Positions 1 through 13,506 of a stretch of 64,000 nt of DNA are shown in pieces. The translations under genes were made by a program, and so were the position numbers. The stretch spans positions 2,407,791-2,471,790 of the forward strand of contig NW_005202428.1 in assembly GCF_000372725.1 (NCBI RefSeq), read 5' to 3'. Below the pieces are notes generated by a model. That model saw only the letters and a program-made list of their open reading frames with translations, ran no database searches and had not been told where the DNA came from. Source of the stretch: Emiliania huxleyi CCMP1516. Taxonomy: Eukaryota. How positions within the stretch are numbered: position 1 is the first letter of the stretch; each line of letters begins with the position of its first letter.

Positions 1-209
1 CTGAACAAGCTCCTCTTGTAGCTCGATCGGTCACACCGCCATCGCCGACGGGGAGAGGGGGGACGACACTGCTTCAGCAGCGTGCACCTCGATCCTGCAC
101 CGTGTTTGTTATGACCCCCCCCAATGAACACACCAGTGAGGGAGGGCGAGACGATCGAGGGGTCCCGTACCATGCGGAATCGACCCTATCCAGTGCTCAA
201 GTGCTCAAG
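1..209 (+). mobile_element. SINE-like family A, copy 1 (5' part outside window)
   Basis: Near-identical to 23673-23881; ends in (GTGCTCAA)2G tail. Confidence 0.8.
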
Positions 210-776
210 GCGCTCTACAACGTGAAATCTCTACAACAAACTCTACATCATAAGCGGCGAACGAGGCACGGTCGCTCTCCGACATGAGGCGCGTTGCACT
301 TGCCAGTGCGGCCCTGGCCTTCTGTCTGCCCGCCCAATGGGTGGGAGGTGCCTCTGCTGCTGTGACATTCCTCACGGCTGCGACTGGCCGGCGCCTCGGC
401 GCGTCAGCTCGGCTCGGCGTAGTGATAGTGGCCAGCGCAACTCGCCTGGACTCAACGCTCAGCCAGGAGCTCCCGCACGCGCTGGCGCGAGGCATGGGCA
501 TGCAACGCGTCTGAATGCTCGCCTCGCCTCGCGCAAATGCGACCGTCCTCGCAGCCGACAGTCCACCGCCTGCTAAAGAAGCACTGCGACGAATGCGGCA
601 CCGGCGACACATAGCAGGCTGGTCATGACGCAGTTATAGGGTGTTGTGTGCCGTCGGAGTGACTCTCTGTGTGTCAGGGATAGTCAGGGCTGTCCATCAG
701 AGCTCCAGTAAGCTCGGAGACACCCCACATTAGCGCGGCTCGACCTCTTTGAGTCACTGCCTTCCCGGCGGTTTGG

Positions 777-952
777 CTGTAGAGCCTCTACAACAAACTC
801 TACAGCAAAATCGCGCTCTACATCGCTCTACAACGGAGGCGCATCGTCCCGCGCCGGATGTAGAGCTATACAGCTCTACAGCGCTCTCCAGCGCTCTCCA
901 TCTCTACAGCTCTACAGCGCTCTACACTCTACATCCTCTACACCCTCCCTCA
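777..952. repeat. CTCTACA/TGTAGAG short-repeat array, probably a DNA-transposon subterminal region (related array at 211-250)
   Basis: Many CTCTACA-type units in both orientations. Confidence 0.55.
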
Positions 953-1301
953 GAGCCAACCCGACCGACCCCCCCCCCCCCTCGGTCTGTGCTCCGACCG
1001 ACCGGACCCCCCCTCCGGTCTGCGGTCTTCCGCGGCCGTCGACCGGACCCGCGGTCCTCGGTCGGTCTGCGCTGGGCGCTCAACCCGCAAACTCGGCCTG
1101 TTGCTGTTCACTACAAGATGACGCTCGTATTAGCCACCCTTTATGTCTTGCGCGGTCAAAACCCTGCAGATGGTAATGCGGGAGGTGCCGAGCTTCCCGC
1201 CCTTAAATTATTTTAACACGGCTCCAGTGGTGTACCTGTGTTAGTGCCAGTGCGCGCCAGAAATGCTAAATTCTTTTAGTGGCGGCTGCCGATAGGTGTA
1301 C

Positions 1302-3794
<2,493 letters not shown>

Positions 3795-4350
3795 GCGGCG
3801 CCCTTTTCGCTGTGTCTCGCGGCAGCGGATCCCGTTACTCAGGCCACTCGGGGGGTAGGAGGGTGGGGGAGGGGGGGCGCAGCCGGGGAGGGAGGAAGGG
3901 GAGGCGAGCGGCCCTGATGGTGCCGCCGAACGCAAACATCAAATACCTCGCCCCCCCTCCCCGCCACCGATCGCGCGCATGTCGCACAGGGTGGCGGCCT
4001 TCTTCGCTCTGCGCGGCTTCCGTTATCGATTTCCCTCTTGTGTGGGTCGCGCCAGCACAGCGAGAGGAGCCGAGCTGTCAGACGCGACGCGAGAGAGATT
4101 CTGAAGTGTCGGCGGAGAGAGAGGTCAAAACTAGGGCGTAGGGGGGCGCGCGGGGGGTAGCGCTACACATGTACACGATGTGCAGTGCCAGTGGGGCAAA
4201 AAGAGTGACAAGACACAAGAGACACGAGTCTCAAAAAAGAGACGAGAGCGGAGAGAGAGCGTGTTAACCCGTTAAGAGACAACACACGTGAGAGTAATTT
4301 GAAATTTCGAATTCAACTTATGGCGGCAGGGGCACACTCGAGACCTCTCC

Positions 4351-5192
4351 TCACCCGGTCGCATCGAGCATGACGCTCTCCACGTTTGAGCTCGCGTCCT
4401 GCTCGAGCATCGCCACGCACGCGTCCGCCACCGCCCGCGGCGCGAGGAACTTTGACGTGTCGACCGACGGCGCGCCCGCCGCCGCAAAGCCGCGCGCCGC
4501 GTCCTCCCACCACGGCGTTGCGACGCCCGCGGGGCATACGAGGCCGCACTTGACGTGCGAGTGGCCACCTGCCTTGAGCTCGGCGCGCAGGCTGAGCACG
4601 AGGCCGTTGACCGCGTACTTGGTCGCGCAGTAAGGCGCGGCCTGCGCGCTGGGTCGCGAGCCCATCACGCTGGACGTGACGACAACCTGCGACTGCCGGC
4701 CAGCCTTGAGCGCGGGGAGGGAGGCTCTGAGCCAGAGGAAGACACCGCGCACGTTCGTGCGAAACATCTGGTCGAAGCGCTCGACGTCGAACTCCTCCAG
4801 CGGGTAGCGCCCTCCGCCGATGCCGGCGTTGATGCAGAGGCCGAAGAACGGCACGCCGTCGAAGAACTTCATCGCCTGGTGGCGCAGAGGCAGGGCTGAC
4901 GCTCGAGCTTCAGGCAGGTGGCAAGTCGGGTACGGGCCTCGTCAAACTGCCGATTGACGGTGGGCTCGTCGCCCGTGTCGCCCGACGAGTAATGGATGCT
5001 TCGAGAGCCAGACGCTTCGATCGACTGCACCAGTGGCGCCAGCTCCGTCTCGGCCAGCGGGCGAGTTCCCGTGACATAGACCTTGTACCGCTCGCCTCCA
5101 TTTTGCAGCAGCGCTGTCGCCAGAGCGAGGCCGATGCCGCTCGAGCCTCCAGTGATGATGACGCCGCGCCGCGCTGGCTTCGACGCCGTCAT
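4351..5192 (-). CDS. Short-chain dehydrogenase/reductase (2 exons, GC-AG intron ~4877-4937)
   Basis: IITGGSSGIG Rossmann motif, INAG, catalytic YCATK. Confidence 0.9.
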
Positions 5193-5315
5193 GGCGGCTG
5201 CGAGCTTCATCGAAAGAGCTTTCCGGCACACTTGAAGCCAGCTTTCTCTTTTCCCGCGATTCAGCGCCGAGCCCTCGAGAAAAACAAAGAATTCAACCGG
5301 CGCCATACAAGCCAC

Positions 5316-6011
5316 GCCGAACGTACTGAACGCAGAGCCGAACGGGAGGAAGCCGGGGAAGACGAACCCGAGGAGGGCGACACACCTGTGGTAATCCCGT
5401 CGGCAGCTGTCACGATGCACCCGAAAAGGGGACCCCAGCGCCAGCATCATCCGTGGAGGTACAAACAAGTGTTCGAAGAGAGAGTGGACCTGAGCAACGA
5501 TACGACCTGGCGGCAAATGATCGCAGTGGGCGTCAGAAGAGTCGTCCTTGCGCGAGGAGAGCTCGATAAACTCGAGGGGCCAAAATATGCCGCGAGGAGG
5601 GCCAGAGCTGCGACGAAAGGCGAAAGAAGCAACGAGATCAAGGGAGCGGCAGGCGGCGGCGGCGTCGCAGGACGAGGCAGAGGAGGGCGACGCGACAGAG
5701 GAAGAAGCGACAAGGGAGAGAACGACGAGAGTCGAGAGTGGGACGACCGCGAGATGGCATGGAAGGTTGTTGCCGCGCGAATCGGCGAGAGACTGCGAAG
5801 AGAGATAGGAAGAGGCGGACGCCCAAGGGTGAGCGCATCACACCCCTCTCCTTAAAATCCCTGTGTGGTGGCGGCGTGCCGTCCTCCCATCCGCATCCCT
5901 CCCATGGGTTGTCCGTGCACTTGGAGTCCGTTTTCTTTCTTTCTTCTTTCTTTTACAAGGCTCAAGGGACACCCTCCCTTGGGTTCTCTGTTTTCTTTCT
6001 TTCTTTCTTTT
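5316..6011 (+). mobile_element. Non-LTR retroelement family C 3' fragment plus a second tiny 3' tip
   Basis: Matches 43934-44486 (rc) and 51241-51816; (TTTC)n tails; tip flanked by AGGGACACCCT at 5965-5975 and 6012-6022; 5' boundary approximate. Confidence 0.8.
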
Positions 6012-6078
6012 AGGGACACCCTGAGATGTCATGAGAAAGAAACCCGCGAGGTCAACTGCGCACAGGGCGTCTGTCCTT

Positions 6079-6162
6079 ACAAGATCCTGCTCGTGCAGGT
6101 GGGGACCCTGTCGCTGTCCTTCTCCCACCACTCGTTGTTGGTGTGTCCGTTTTTTTATTTAT
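6079..6162 (+). repeat. Dispersed repeat family L (other copies ~10240-10400 rc, ~60105-60190, ~63575-63655 rc)
   Basis: Shared core resembling CAAGATCCTGCTCGTGCAGGTGGGGACCCTGTC followed by a T-rich end. Confidence 0.6.
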
Positions 6163-6740
6163 GTCTGTCGACGGGTTGCCGAAATTCCACCCATCACAGA
6201 TTCATTCACAGTCTGAGAAGGAGCATCTAAGACTTCCCAACAACAAACCTACGATTACACAAACAACTCAACCAATTACAGTCTAGGAGAAGCAATATAT
6301 TTTTTCAGGAGCCCGGTGTTCGGCTGTTGTTCGGCGATTGAGCGCCTGCCTCCCTCTCTCTCCGGCTGTGCGCATGACCGGTGCGGCCATGCGTCCTCCG
6401 AGTCGGCGTCTAGCGCGCGCGATAAGGATTTTGCTTGCCTTCCCTGGGACCCCGTGTTGCATGTCTGACTGTCACTGTGGTCTGTGCGATTTCGGGGCCC
6501 GGGGTTGTGCGTTTGTGTGAATGTCCCACCCCCCTGCGCGCGGGCCTTCTAGGCCCGCGGGCAGTCTCCCCGCATTCCCAGGGCCTCCAGGGCTCGCACC
6601 TCAACCTCTCACAGACCAGCGCACAGCGCGTTACGTCTTTTCTTTGTATTTTCTTCTCAATAACAAGGCTGTGAACAAGTCAACCCCCCAGGCTGGCTGC
6701 GTGCCGGTTGCGCCATAGAACCTCTGCGGCCCTCCGCCCA

Positions 6741-7400
6741 ATGCCCAAATCGAAGCGCGCGCAGAAGGTGACCCTCTCGAAGACGGTGAGCAAGGGCCGG
6801 GAGCGCAAGGTCGCCATCATTGACGAGGTGCGGGACTGCGTCGACCGGTACAAGTCGGTGCTCGTGTTCGAGGCCAACAACATGCGGAACGCGGCGCTCA
6901 AGGACGTGCGCGTAAGGCTGCGGTCCAGCCGCATCTTCTTTGGCCGCAACAAGCTGATCGCCGCTGCGCTCGGCCGGACGGCTGCGGACGCGTACCGCGC
7001 CGGCCTGGACGAGGTCGCCGACGGCTTGCTCGGCGGCGAGGCTGGGCTCATCTTCACAGACGAGTCGCTCGAGGCGGTGCAGCAGGCTCTGGCCGAGTCT
7101 CGGGTGCCCGAGTACGCGCGCGCGGGCTTTGAGGCGACGGAGGACGTCGTCTTGCCGCAGGGCGTGCTCAGCCAGTTTGCGGGCTCGATGGAGCCGTACC
7201 TGCGCAAGCTGGGGCTGCCGACCAAGCTGCAGGCGGGCGCGGTGCAGCTGCTGTGCGACTACACGGTGTGCAAGGCGGGGGACGTGGTCAGCTCGGACCA
7301 GGCCAAGCTGATGCAGCTGCTCGACGTCAAGCAGGCCCTGTTTGAGCTGACGCTCACCTGCCGCTGGAGCGAGGGGCAGTTCCAAAGGCTCGCGGCCTGA
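6741..7400 (+). CDS. MRT4: mRNA turnover protein 4 / 60S assembly factor (uL10-like), intronless
   Basis: MPKSKRAQKVTLSKT start, SRIFFGRNKL, SMEPYLRKLGLPTKL, YTVCKAGD..QAKL. Confidence 0.93.
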   Translation: MPKSKRAQKVTLSKTVSKGRERKVAIIDEVRDCVDRYKSVLVFEANNMRNAALKDVRVRLRSSRIFFGRNKLIAAALGRTAADAYRAGLDEVADGLLGGEAGLIFTDESLEAVQQALAESRVPEYARAGFEATEDVVLPQGVLSQFAGSMEPYLRKLGLPTKLQAGAVQLLCDYTVCKAGDVVSSDQAKLMQLLDVKQALFELTLTCRWSEGQFQRLAA

Positions 7401-7698
7401 ACTCTTCATGGCTCAGGGCACCAGTGCGTCCGGTCCCGTGCCGCTTGCGTCCGGTGCGCCCGGGCAACTGGCCGAGAGCGGCTTATGTCTTGCCCTTGCG
7501 TGGGCTCAGCCCCTGTGTGGGGCGAGGGCCCTCTGGGGCGAGGCCTCTGCGCGCGACCGCGAGCTCCTGCACCGGCGGAGTGCACTCGACGGCGGTGCGG
7601 TGTGAGCGCCGTCGTCTCCCGGACGCGTATAAATGTGTGATATCCGTTTTAGCCTCCGTGTGGCACGTGCCACTCACTGCCACGCCTCGGCGAGAGCC

Positions 7699-9129
7699 GG
7701 CTAACCTCGGAATGTAAAGCCGTAACACCAGAATGGCTGTTGCGCAGTGTGCTGCGGCCCAGGCTGCTGGCTCCTTCACAGCCATCTTACCTAAGGATGG
7801 CTGAGCTAGCTGCAGTGCAGCCACATCCTTCAGCCCGATGGCTGCAACACACACACGGCAGCCATCCTTAGTAGACATGGCTGGAGACGCACTACCGCAG
7901 CCACACCGCCCGCCCGCACTAATCCCGCGCCCCGGTTTTTTCGCCAGCCTAGTGCGTTCGGTTGATTGAGGAAACCCCTCGAGTTAGCTGCTTAGTCGCG
8001 TGCGCGTATGCTCGCTGTCGTTGCAGTCTCTGGAGGCTGCGCCGCGGCTCCCGAGCGGCGCGTGACCCGTGCCAGTTTTGGTAAGGTTTTGCGCACCCTC
8101 TCAACTGACTCCCTGAGGCAGGGTGGCGCGGGTGCGGGGTGGCTCGGCAGCTCGGCGGGAGGCCTCCGACCCGGCTACCTTGTGCTGTTGAAGTTGCTGC
8201 AGGAGACGCCGATGACGATGGCGCTGTCCTCGCGGCTGGCCAGCGTCCGGGCTCGCTGGCGCGCCGCCCGGGATAGCACTGACAGTCTGCCGGCGCAGCG
8301 GGCGCATTCGAATGCGCCCGCCGCGCCGGCAGACTGTTGGACGGCCACAGTCGCGAAAGTGGGGTGAAATCCGTGCGGCGCAGTGGCAGCGGTGGCCAGG
8401 CGGCCCCTCTCGGGGCCGCGTTGCGCAGGCGCGCCGCGCCATGAGCGGCGACCGTGGTGAGAACGCGATGTGCCACTTGCTCTCACTTAGCAGCTAACTA
8501 TGATAGAACAAGTTTGAAAACCTCAGCGAAAAAAACGGGGGTCGGGATTAGTGCGTCGAGGTGAGCCCTGCCCCTCTTGGCTGACCCCTGGCTACATTGC
8601 AGCCATCTTGGGAAAGATGGCTGGGGGACAGCCATTTCAGCCATTTCAGCCATCTACTATGGCTGCGTCATAGAGATTGCAGCCATCCTCCAGAGCCATG
8701 GCTGGTGGTAATTCGATGGCAGCCGATGGCAGCCGTCCCGCGAGGCCGGGGGCGACAAGCGCGCAGCTATTTGTGCGTGTGGCGGGGGCGGCGGACGGCT
8801 GCCATCGAATTATCACCAGCCATGCTCCGGAGGATGGCTGCACTGACTGTGCCCCAGCCATAGTAGATGGCTGAAATGGCTGTCCCCCAGCCATCTTACC
8901 CCAGATGGCTGCGATGTAGCCAGCTAAGCCAAGAGGGCTCACCTCGAGGCGGGCGGTATGGCTGCGGTAGTGCGTCTCCAGCCATGTCTACCAAGGATGG
9001 CTGCCGTGTGTGTATTGCAGCCATTAGACTGGAGGATGTGGCTGCACTGCAGCTAGCTCAGCCATCCTTAGGAAGATGGCTGTGAAGGAGCCAGCACAGC
9101 CATTCTGGTGTTACATTCCGAGGTTAGCC
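7699..9129. mobile_element. MULE/foldback-type non-autonomous DNA transposon
   Basis: Long inverted arms rich in CAGCCAT/ATGGCTG; perfect 9-bp TSD GCGAGAGCC at 7690-7698 and 9130-9138. Confidence 0.88.
7917..8553. mobile_element. CACTA-type MITE nested in the MULE arm
   Basis: Termini CACTAATCCCG...CGGGATTAGTG, CG on both flanks; interrupts sequence that is continuous in the opposite arm (~8935-8956). Confidence 0.75.
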
Positions 9130-9840
9130 GCGAGAGCCCGTCGGTCGTCGCGGCTCGCGCTCGGGTGTCGGGAGACACGGCCCGTGTACACGGCCCGCGG
9201 GCCCCGGGCCTTCCCCGGCGCCCGCCCCCGCGCGCCGCGCCGCCGCGGTGCGGACGTGCGGTCGCGCTCGGCGCTGCCACTTGCGCTGCCGGCGCTGCCG
9301 CGCCTACCGCCTAGCCGCGCAGCGCGCTGCAGCGGCGCTGGCGCCGTCGGTCTCTGCGTGTTAGGCGCCGGCCGCGGCGCGGCGGGGTCGGTGCGTAGCA
9401 GGTCGGCGTACTGGCTAATACTGCGTTTTATGGTGCGTACTGATGCAACTGACCCTCTCGCACTCACATACTCTAGATACACACACCGCGCGCCATGCAC
9501 GCAAGCTGAGCTGCTGGGTCAGCGACAGCGTGGCGCAGACGCGGGACCGCGGAGATTTCTTCGGAGGGTGATCGTGTGCCGATGGTATTACGCATTTACG
9601 CGCACTACGTATATGCGACTCGGAGAGTGACACAGTGTCCTGGCTTGGGAAGGCATACATGCGTTTTGCGTTTTTGAGACCTCTTTGTGCGTCTCATACA
9701 CCCAGGGTCAGCGGCGGATCGCTCAAGCCCCGCGAGCAGTAACTGAGTTTGCAGTGTTTGCACGAGACCAGTCCGAGAGTGCGCAATTCGGCAAACCACG
9801 GACCGGATCAACGAGAAGTGTGCTCAATCGAAGAAGCAGG

Positions 9841-10107
9841 TCACGGTCTCTTGCCGGCGATGGGCCGCATCCGGCTGTGAGCAGAGATCACCTGGCCAAT
9901 AGTCACAGGCACCCCAACCGGGAGCGCTGCACTCAGGTTGTGGCTCTGACCCAACGGCTCCGCCACCCGCGCCTCTGCATGCCGCGCAGCATGCCTGCGA
10001 GTCTGGTCGCCGAGCAGAGCACTGCGACACATGGTGACGCCCGTCGCGGCCGTGCCCAGAGCAAAGGGGAAGGCGCAGAAGAGGGCGGCGCTGCCCAGAA
10101 CCTCCAT
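9841..10107 (-). CDS. Small hypothetical protein with a hydrophobic N-terminus
   Basis: ATG-initiated 88-aa ORF (MEVLGSAALFCAFPFALG); no recognised domain. Confidence 0.25.
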   Translation of the reverse strand: MEVLGSAALFCAFPFALGTAATGVTMCRSALLGDQTRRHAARHAEARVAEPLGQSHNLSAALPVGVPVTIGQVISAHSRMRPIAGKRP

Positions 10108-10544
10108 TCTCGCGACCTTTCGGTCGTGCGTCCCAAAAGCGCCAAATCGTAACGAGCTTAGTTTCATTACATTCGCGTTGCTTCTTTCGGCATTTTTGCT
10201 GGCGGGCCTTGGCGCGGCGTGAGAGCTCAGATTGTTTGTAAAACGAACTCGGGGGGCACAGGACGCGGCACGGACGGGGCACACACGCCAGCCAGGCTAC
10301 AAAAGCACAAACACGGAGGAGGGAGGCACGTATGGGGGAGGAGGACAGGGTCCACACCTGCACGAGCAGGATTTTGGAAGGACGATCAGGGGCACAGGTG
10401 GGGCTCTCCTGCTCCTGACAAGGGACACGACAGGCTCGCAGCGCGGTGCACGGTGGACTCCCAACTCCACTGGCGGTCTCATCTCAGGCTCAGCAGCAGG
10501 GTTTGCGTTGGGAATGACGAAAGAATTTTTAGTTAGCCGGGACA

Positions 10545-10975
10545 GGGTTCCGGCTCCTAGCCAGATTGGGGGTCTGTTGACCACGGTTAGACCCTATGCA
10601 AAGGTAGGTAGGTCCGGTTTTGACCGCCCCAGAGGGCCCCGCAATAGGTAGGTAGGTGGTGGTGTGTGTGTGTGGGGGGGGGGGGGGGGTGAAAAAAACC
10701 GTTTCGCGCGGGAGACGGCGCGTTTAGCCGCGAACGGGGCCATGCTCTGGGGCGGGCTCGCGAGCGGCGCGCACCGCGGTACAAGCCGGCGCGCGGCGGG
10801 TGCTGGGAGCCTATTCACAGAGGGCTAACGGGCATTTTTTCGCTTCGCTGCGCGGCCTGGGAATAGGTATGTAGGTGGGGCACGGAGCCTGGCGATTGGC
10901 GCCCGCAATAGGTAGGTAGGTAGGGCGTTTTGGTGCGAGTCATGGTCAACAGACCCCCTATCTGGCGGTGAACCT
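10545..10975. mobile_element. MITE family D, copy 1
   Basis: Inverted repeats at 10560-10583 and 10943-10966; internal TAGG repeats; homologous to 19525-20063. Confidence 0.75.
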
Positions 10976-11430
10976 TCTTTTGTAGACCGCTAGGATTGAG
11001 AGAGCAGCCTCGCTCACAATCCTAGAAGTCGAAGGATTGTGAGCAGCACTCCTCGCAATCGTAGCATCTGGTCGTGACTCGTGTGGGTGTGTATTCCGGG
11101 ATTAGTCAATGGTACCGCGTCGGCGACGCGGGCGCCTTGCGGGCAGAGCCCTTAGCCACCCTTTTTATCTTGCGCGGTCATAAAGCGCGGGAACTAGCGG
11201 AGCTGGGAATAGGACCCCCGCAAACGGCGTGGCGTGGAGCGGTTGAGCATCCCTCCGGGGCCCCCTCTGCGCCGGGGAGGCGTTGTTGGAGGCTAGGACG
11301 CAAGCGTCCGTCGCCTTTTTCAAACTCGGGGCCCACTCCGCTACTCGATACGCTCCGACCCGAATTTGGAGGGCCTAAAAGTTTAAGGTGTTGCTGCGCA
11401 AAAGGGTTTGGACACAGGGCGCAGCTCATG

Positions 11431-11503
11431 TATGTATGTATGTAGGAAGGCGAAGAACAGTGAGGCTCGGACTGGACACCAACGCGGTATGGGTGGACGC
11501 TGG
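11431..11503 (-). mobile_element. 5'-truncated retroposon family I with (TACA)n tail
   Basis: rc of 57569-57640; 8-bp TSD AGCTCATG at 11423-11430 and 11504-11511. Confidence 0.75.
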
Positions 11504-11694
11504 AGCTCATGCTAAGAGTCCTAACTAAGAGCCAGAAAAGTCGAGGGAAAGTTCGCGGAACTGTGGCCTGGGTGTCGCGCCACCCGGATCGCGCGTCTTC
11601 GACCTGGTCATTCCGACGCTCCAGCCGGCTCGTCCTCGAGTAGCGAGAAGTCGGCTTTTCAGAGGAGGCGCAGCCGAGCCGCCAGTCCTCAGAC

Positions 11695-13260
11695 ATGCTA
11701 CGCACGCTCGCGCGAGGCGGCGCGGCGACGGTCGGCATCGGCGGGACAGCCTTGGCGGCGTACGCCTACGGCGATCCCGGATTCGGCCGGCAAGTCTCGT
11801 TTTGGCGCGTCACTGGGCCGGCGGTGCTGAGCTACGCCGCCTGCTCTGCAAAGCACAAGAAGAGCGACGCTGACACGAAAGCGCGGGCCTTTGCTGCGCT
11901 GCACGACCACTATTCGAAGGTCTCATTGGACCTGATCCTGGAGCTTCGAGGGCTGTACATCAAATTTGGGCAAGCGGCCGCTTCAAGCCCCTTCGTGCCT
12001 CAGGCGTACCGTACGCAGTTCAAGGTGCTGCAGAATGACGTGCCGAGCGAGGATTTCGCGGCCATCAAGCAGGTGGTGGAGGAGGAGCTAGGTCCCCTCG
12101 ACGAGCTCTTCGAAGAGTTCAGCGAGTCTGCGTGCGGTGCAGCTAGCATTGGCCAGGCTCACGTCGCCAAGCTGCGGACAACAGGCGAGACAGTCGTCGT
12201 GAAGGTGCAGTACCCGTCCGCCGCTCGCATATTTTTGGCCGACGCGCAGTGCCTCCGCACGCTCATTTCCCTAGCCAACCCGGAGGCGCTGCCCGCCTTT
12301 GAGGAGTTCGAGAAGCAGCTGGCCCTCGAGCTCGACTACCGCGCGGAGCTCGCCAACCTGACCGCCATCTTCGACGCCATTATGCCTACCTTTGCCGACC
12401 GCGTCGTCGTGCCGCGGGCGCACAGCACGCTCAGCACGGGCAGGGTGCTCACTTTAGAGTACCTGCCTGGGCCGAAGCTCGAGGGCGAGATGCGGCGGCA
12501 GATGGCCGAGCTGGGGATGCGCGTCGACGAATCTGAGTCGATGCGCGACTGGATCCAGCGCCTTGAGGCGCAGACGACGCAGCCGGCAACGGAGGCCGAC
12601 GACGACGAACGAGAGCCGTGGCGCGCGTGGCTGGGGCGTGTCGGCGCGCGCGTGGTGGGCATCGACGCGGCGCTGTGGGTAGTTGGCAAGGTGCTTGCCA
12701 CGGGCGGCGCTGCTGGCGGCGCCGGCGCGGGCGGGTGTCAGGAGGAGCTGCGCACGTGCTTGCACTCGCTCGTCGAGGTCCACGGCTTCGAGATCTTTGT
12801 GCACGGGCTCTTCAATGCGGACCCTCACCCGGGGAATCTCATCGCGATGGGCGATGGGAAGGTCGGGCTGATCGACTACGGTCAGTGCAAGCGTCTGGAG
12901 GAGGGGCCAAGACGAGCTATTGCGGAGCTCATGGTCAAGGTGGCCGACGACGCGCCGCACGCAGAGGTGGCGGCGGCGTTTCGCCGCGTGGGCGTGCGCA
13001 CGGAGCATGGAGGCGACGAGTTCCTCGGCAAAATGGCGCGGCTGATGTTTGGGCGCGTCTCGGTCGAAATGCTCGAGCCCAAGTGGCACCGCGATCTGCA
13101 CAAGACCGACAAGATGACGCATTACCCGCCCGACCTGCTCATGGTGCACCGCGTCGCCCTCATCCTCCGCGGCCTCAGCGTCGCGTGCCGCGAAAACGTG
13201 TCGATTGCCGAGCTTTGGCGTCCGCATGCCGCGGCCGCCTTGGACGCCGGGCCGGACTGA
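11695..13260 (+). CDS. ABC1/UbiB (ADCK)-family atypical kinase, intronless
   Basis: GLYIKFGQ, AASIGQAHVA, VVVKVQYP, ELDY, FNADPHPGNL, LIDYG. Confidence 0.95.
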   Translation: MLRTLARGGAATVGIGGTALAAYAYGDPGFGRQVSFWRVTGPAVLSYAACSAKHKKSDADTKARAFAALHDHYSKVSLDLILELRGLYIKFGQAAASSPFVPQAYRTQFKVLQNDVPSEDFAAIKQVVEEELGPLDELFEEFSESACGAASIGQAHVAKLRTTGETVVVKVQYPSAARIFLADAQCLRTLISLANPEALPAFEEFEKQLALELDYRAELANLTAIFDAIMPTFADRVVVPRAHSTLSTGRVLTLEYLPGPKLEGEMRRQMAELGMRVDESESMRDWIQRLEAQTTQPATEADDDEREPWRAWLGRVGARVVGIDAALWVVGKVLATGGAAGGAGAGGCQEELRTCLHSLVEVHGFEIFVHGLFNADPHPGNLIAMGDGKVGLIDYGQCKRLEEGPRRAIAELMVKVADDAPHAEVAAAFRRVGVRTEHGGDEFLGKMARLMFGRVSVEMLEPKWHRDLHKTDKMTHYPPDLLMVHRVALILRGLSVACRENVSIAELWRPHAAAALDAGPD

Positions 13261-13506
13261 CGTTCGGAGACGGAGCGGTTTTTACTGTGGTGGTGTCGGT
13301 TTTCATTGCTCAGTGCTTGCCTGGTTAATTGTCAAAATTCCTGTTGTGCAAGAGGGGATGGGGCTCTGACGGAGTGTGTGGCGGGAGAGGGCAGGGAGGG
13401 AATGGGCGCGGGGGAGGGGGGGGGGGGGGCTCAGCCGTGCAAAAAGCATTAATTAATAATAGTAATAAAGAAATAATGCTCGGCCGTTCATGAAGTCCGT
13501 CTCGAT

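Noticed and set aside
1130..1158. 29-bp match to 11152-11180
   Set aside because: Probably a TE terminus, but too short to define an element or TSD.
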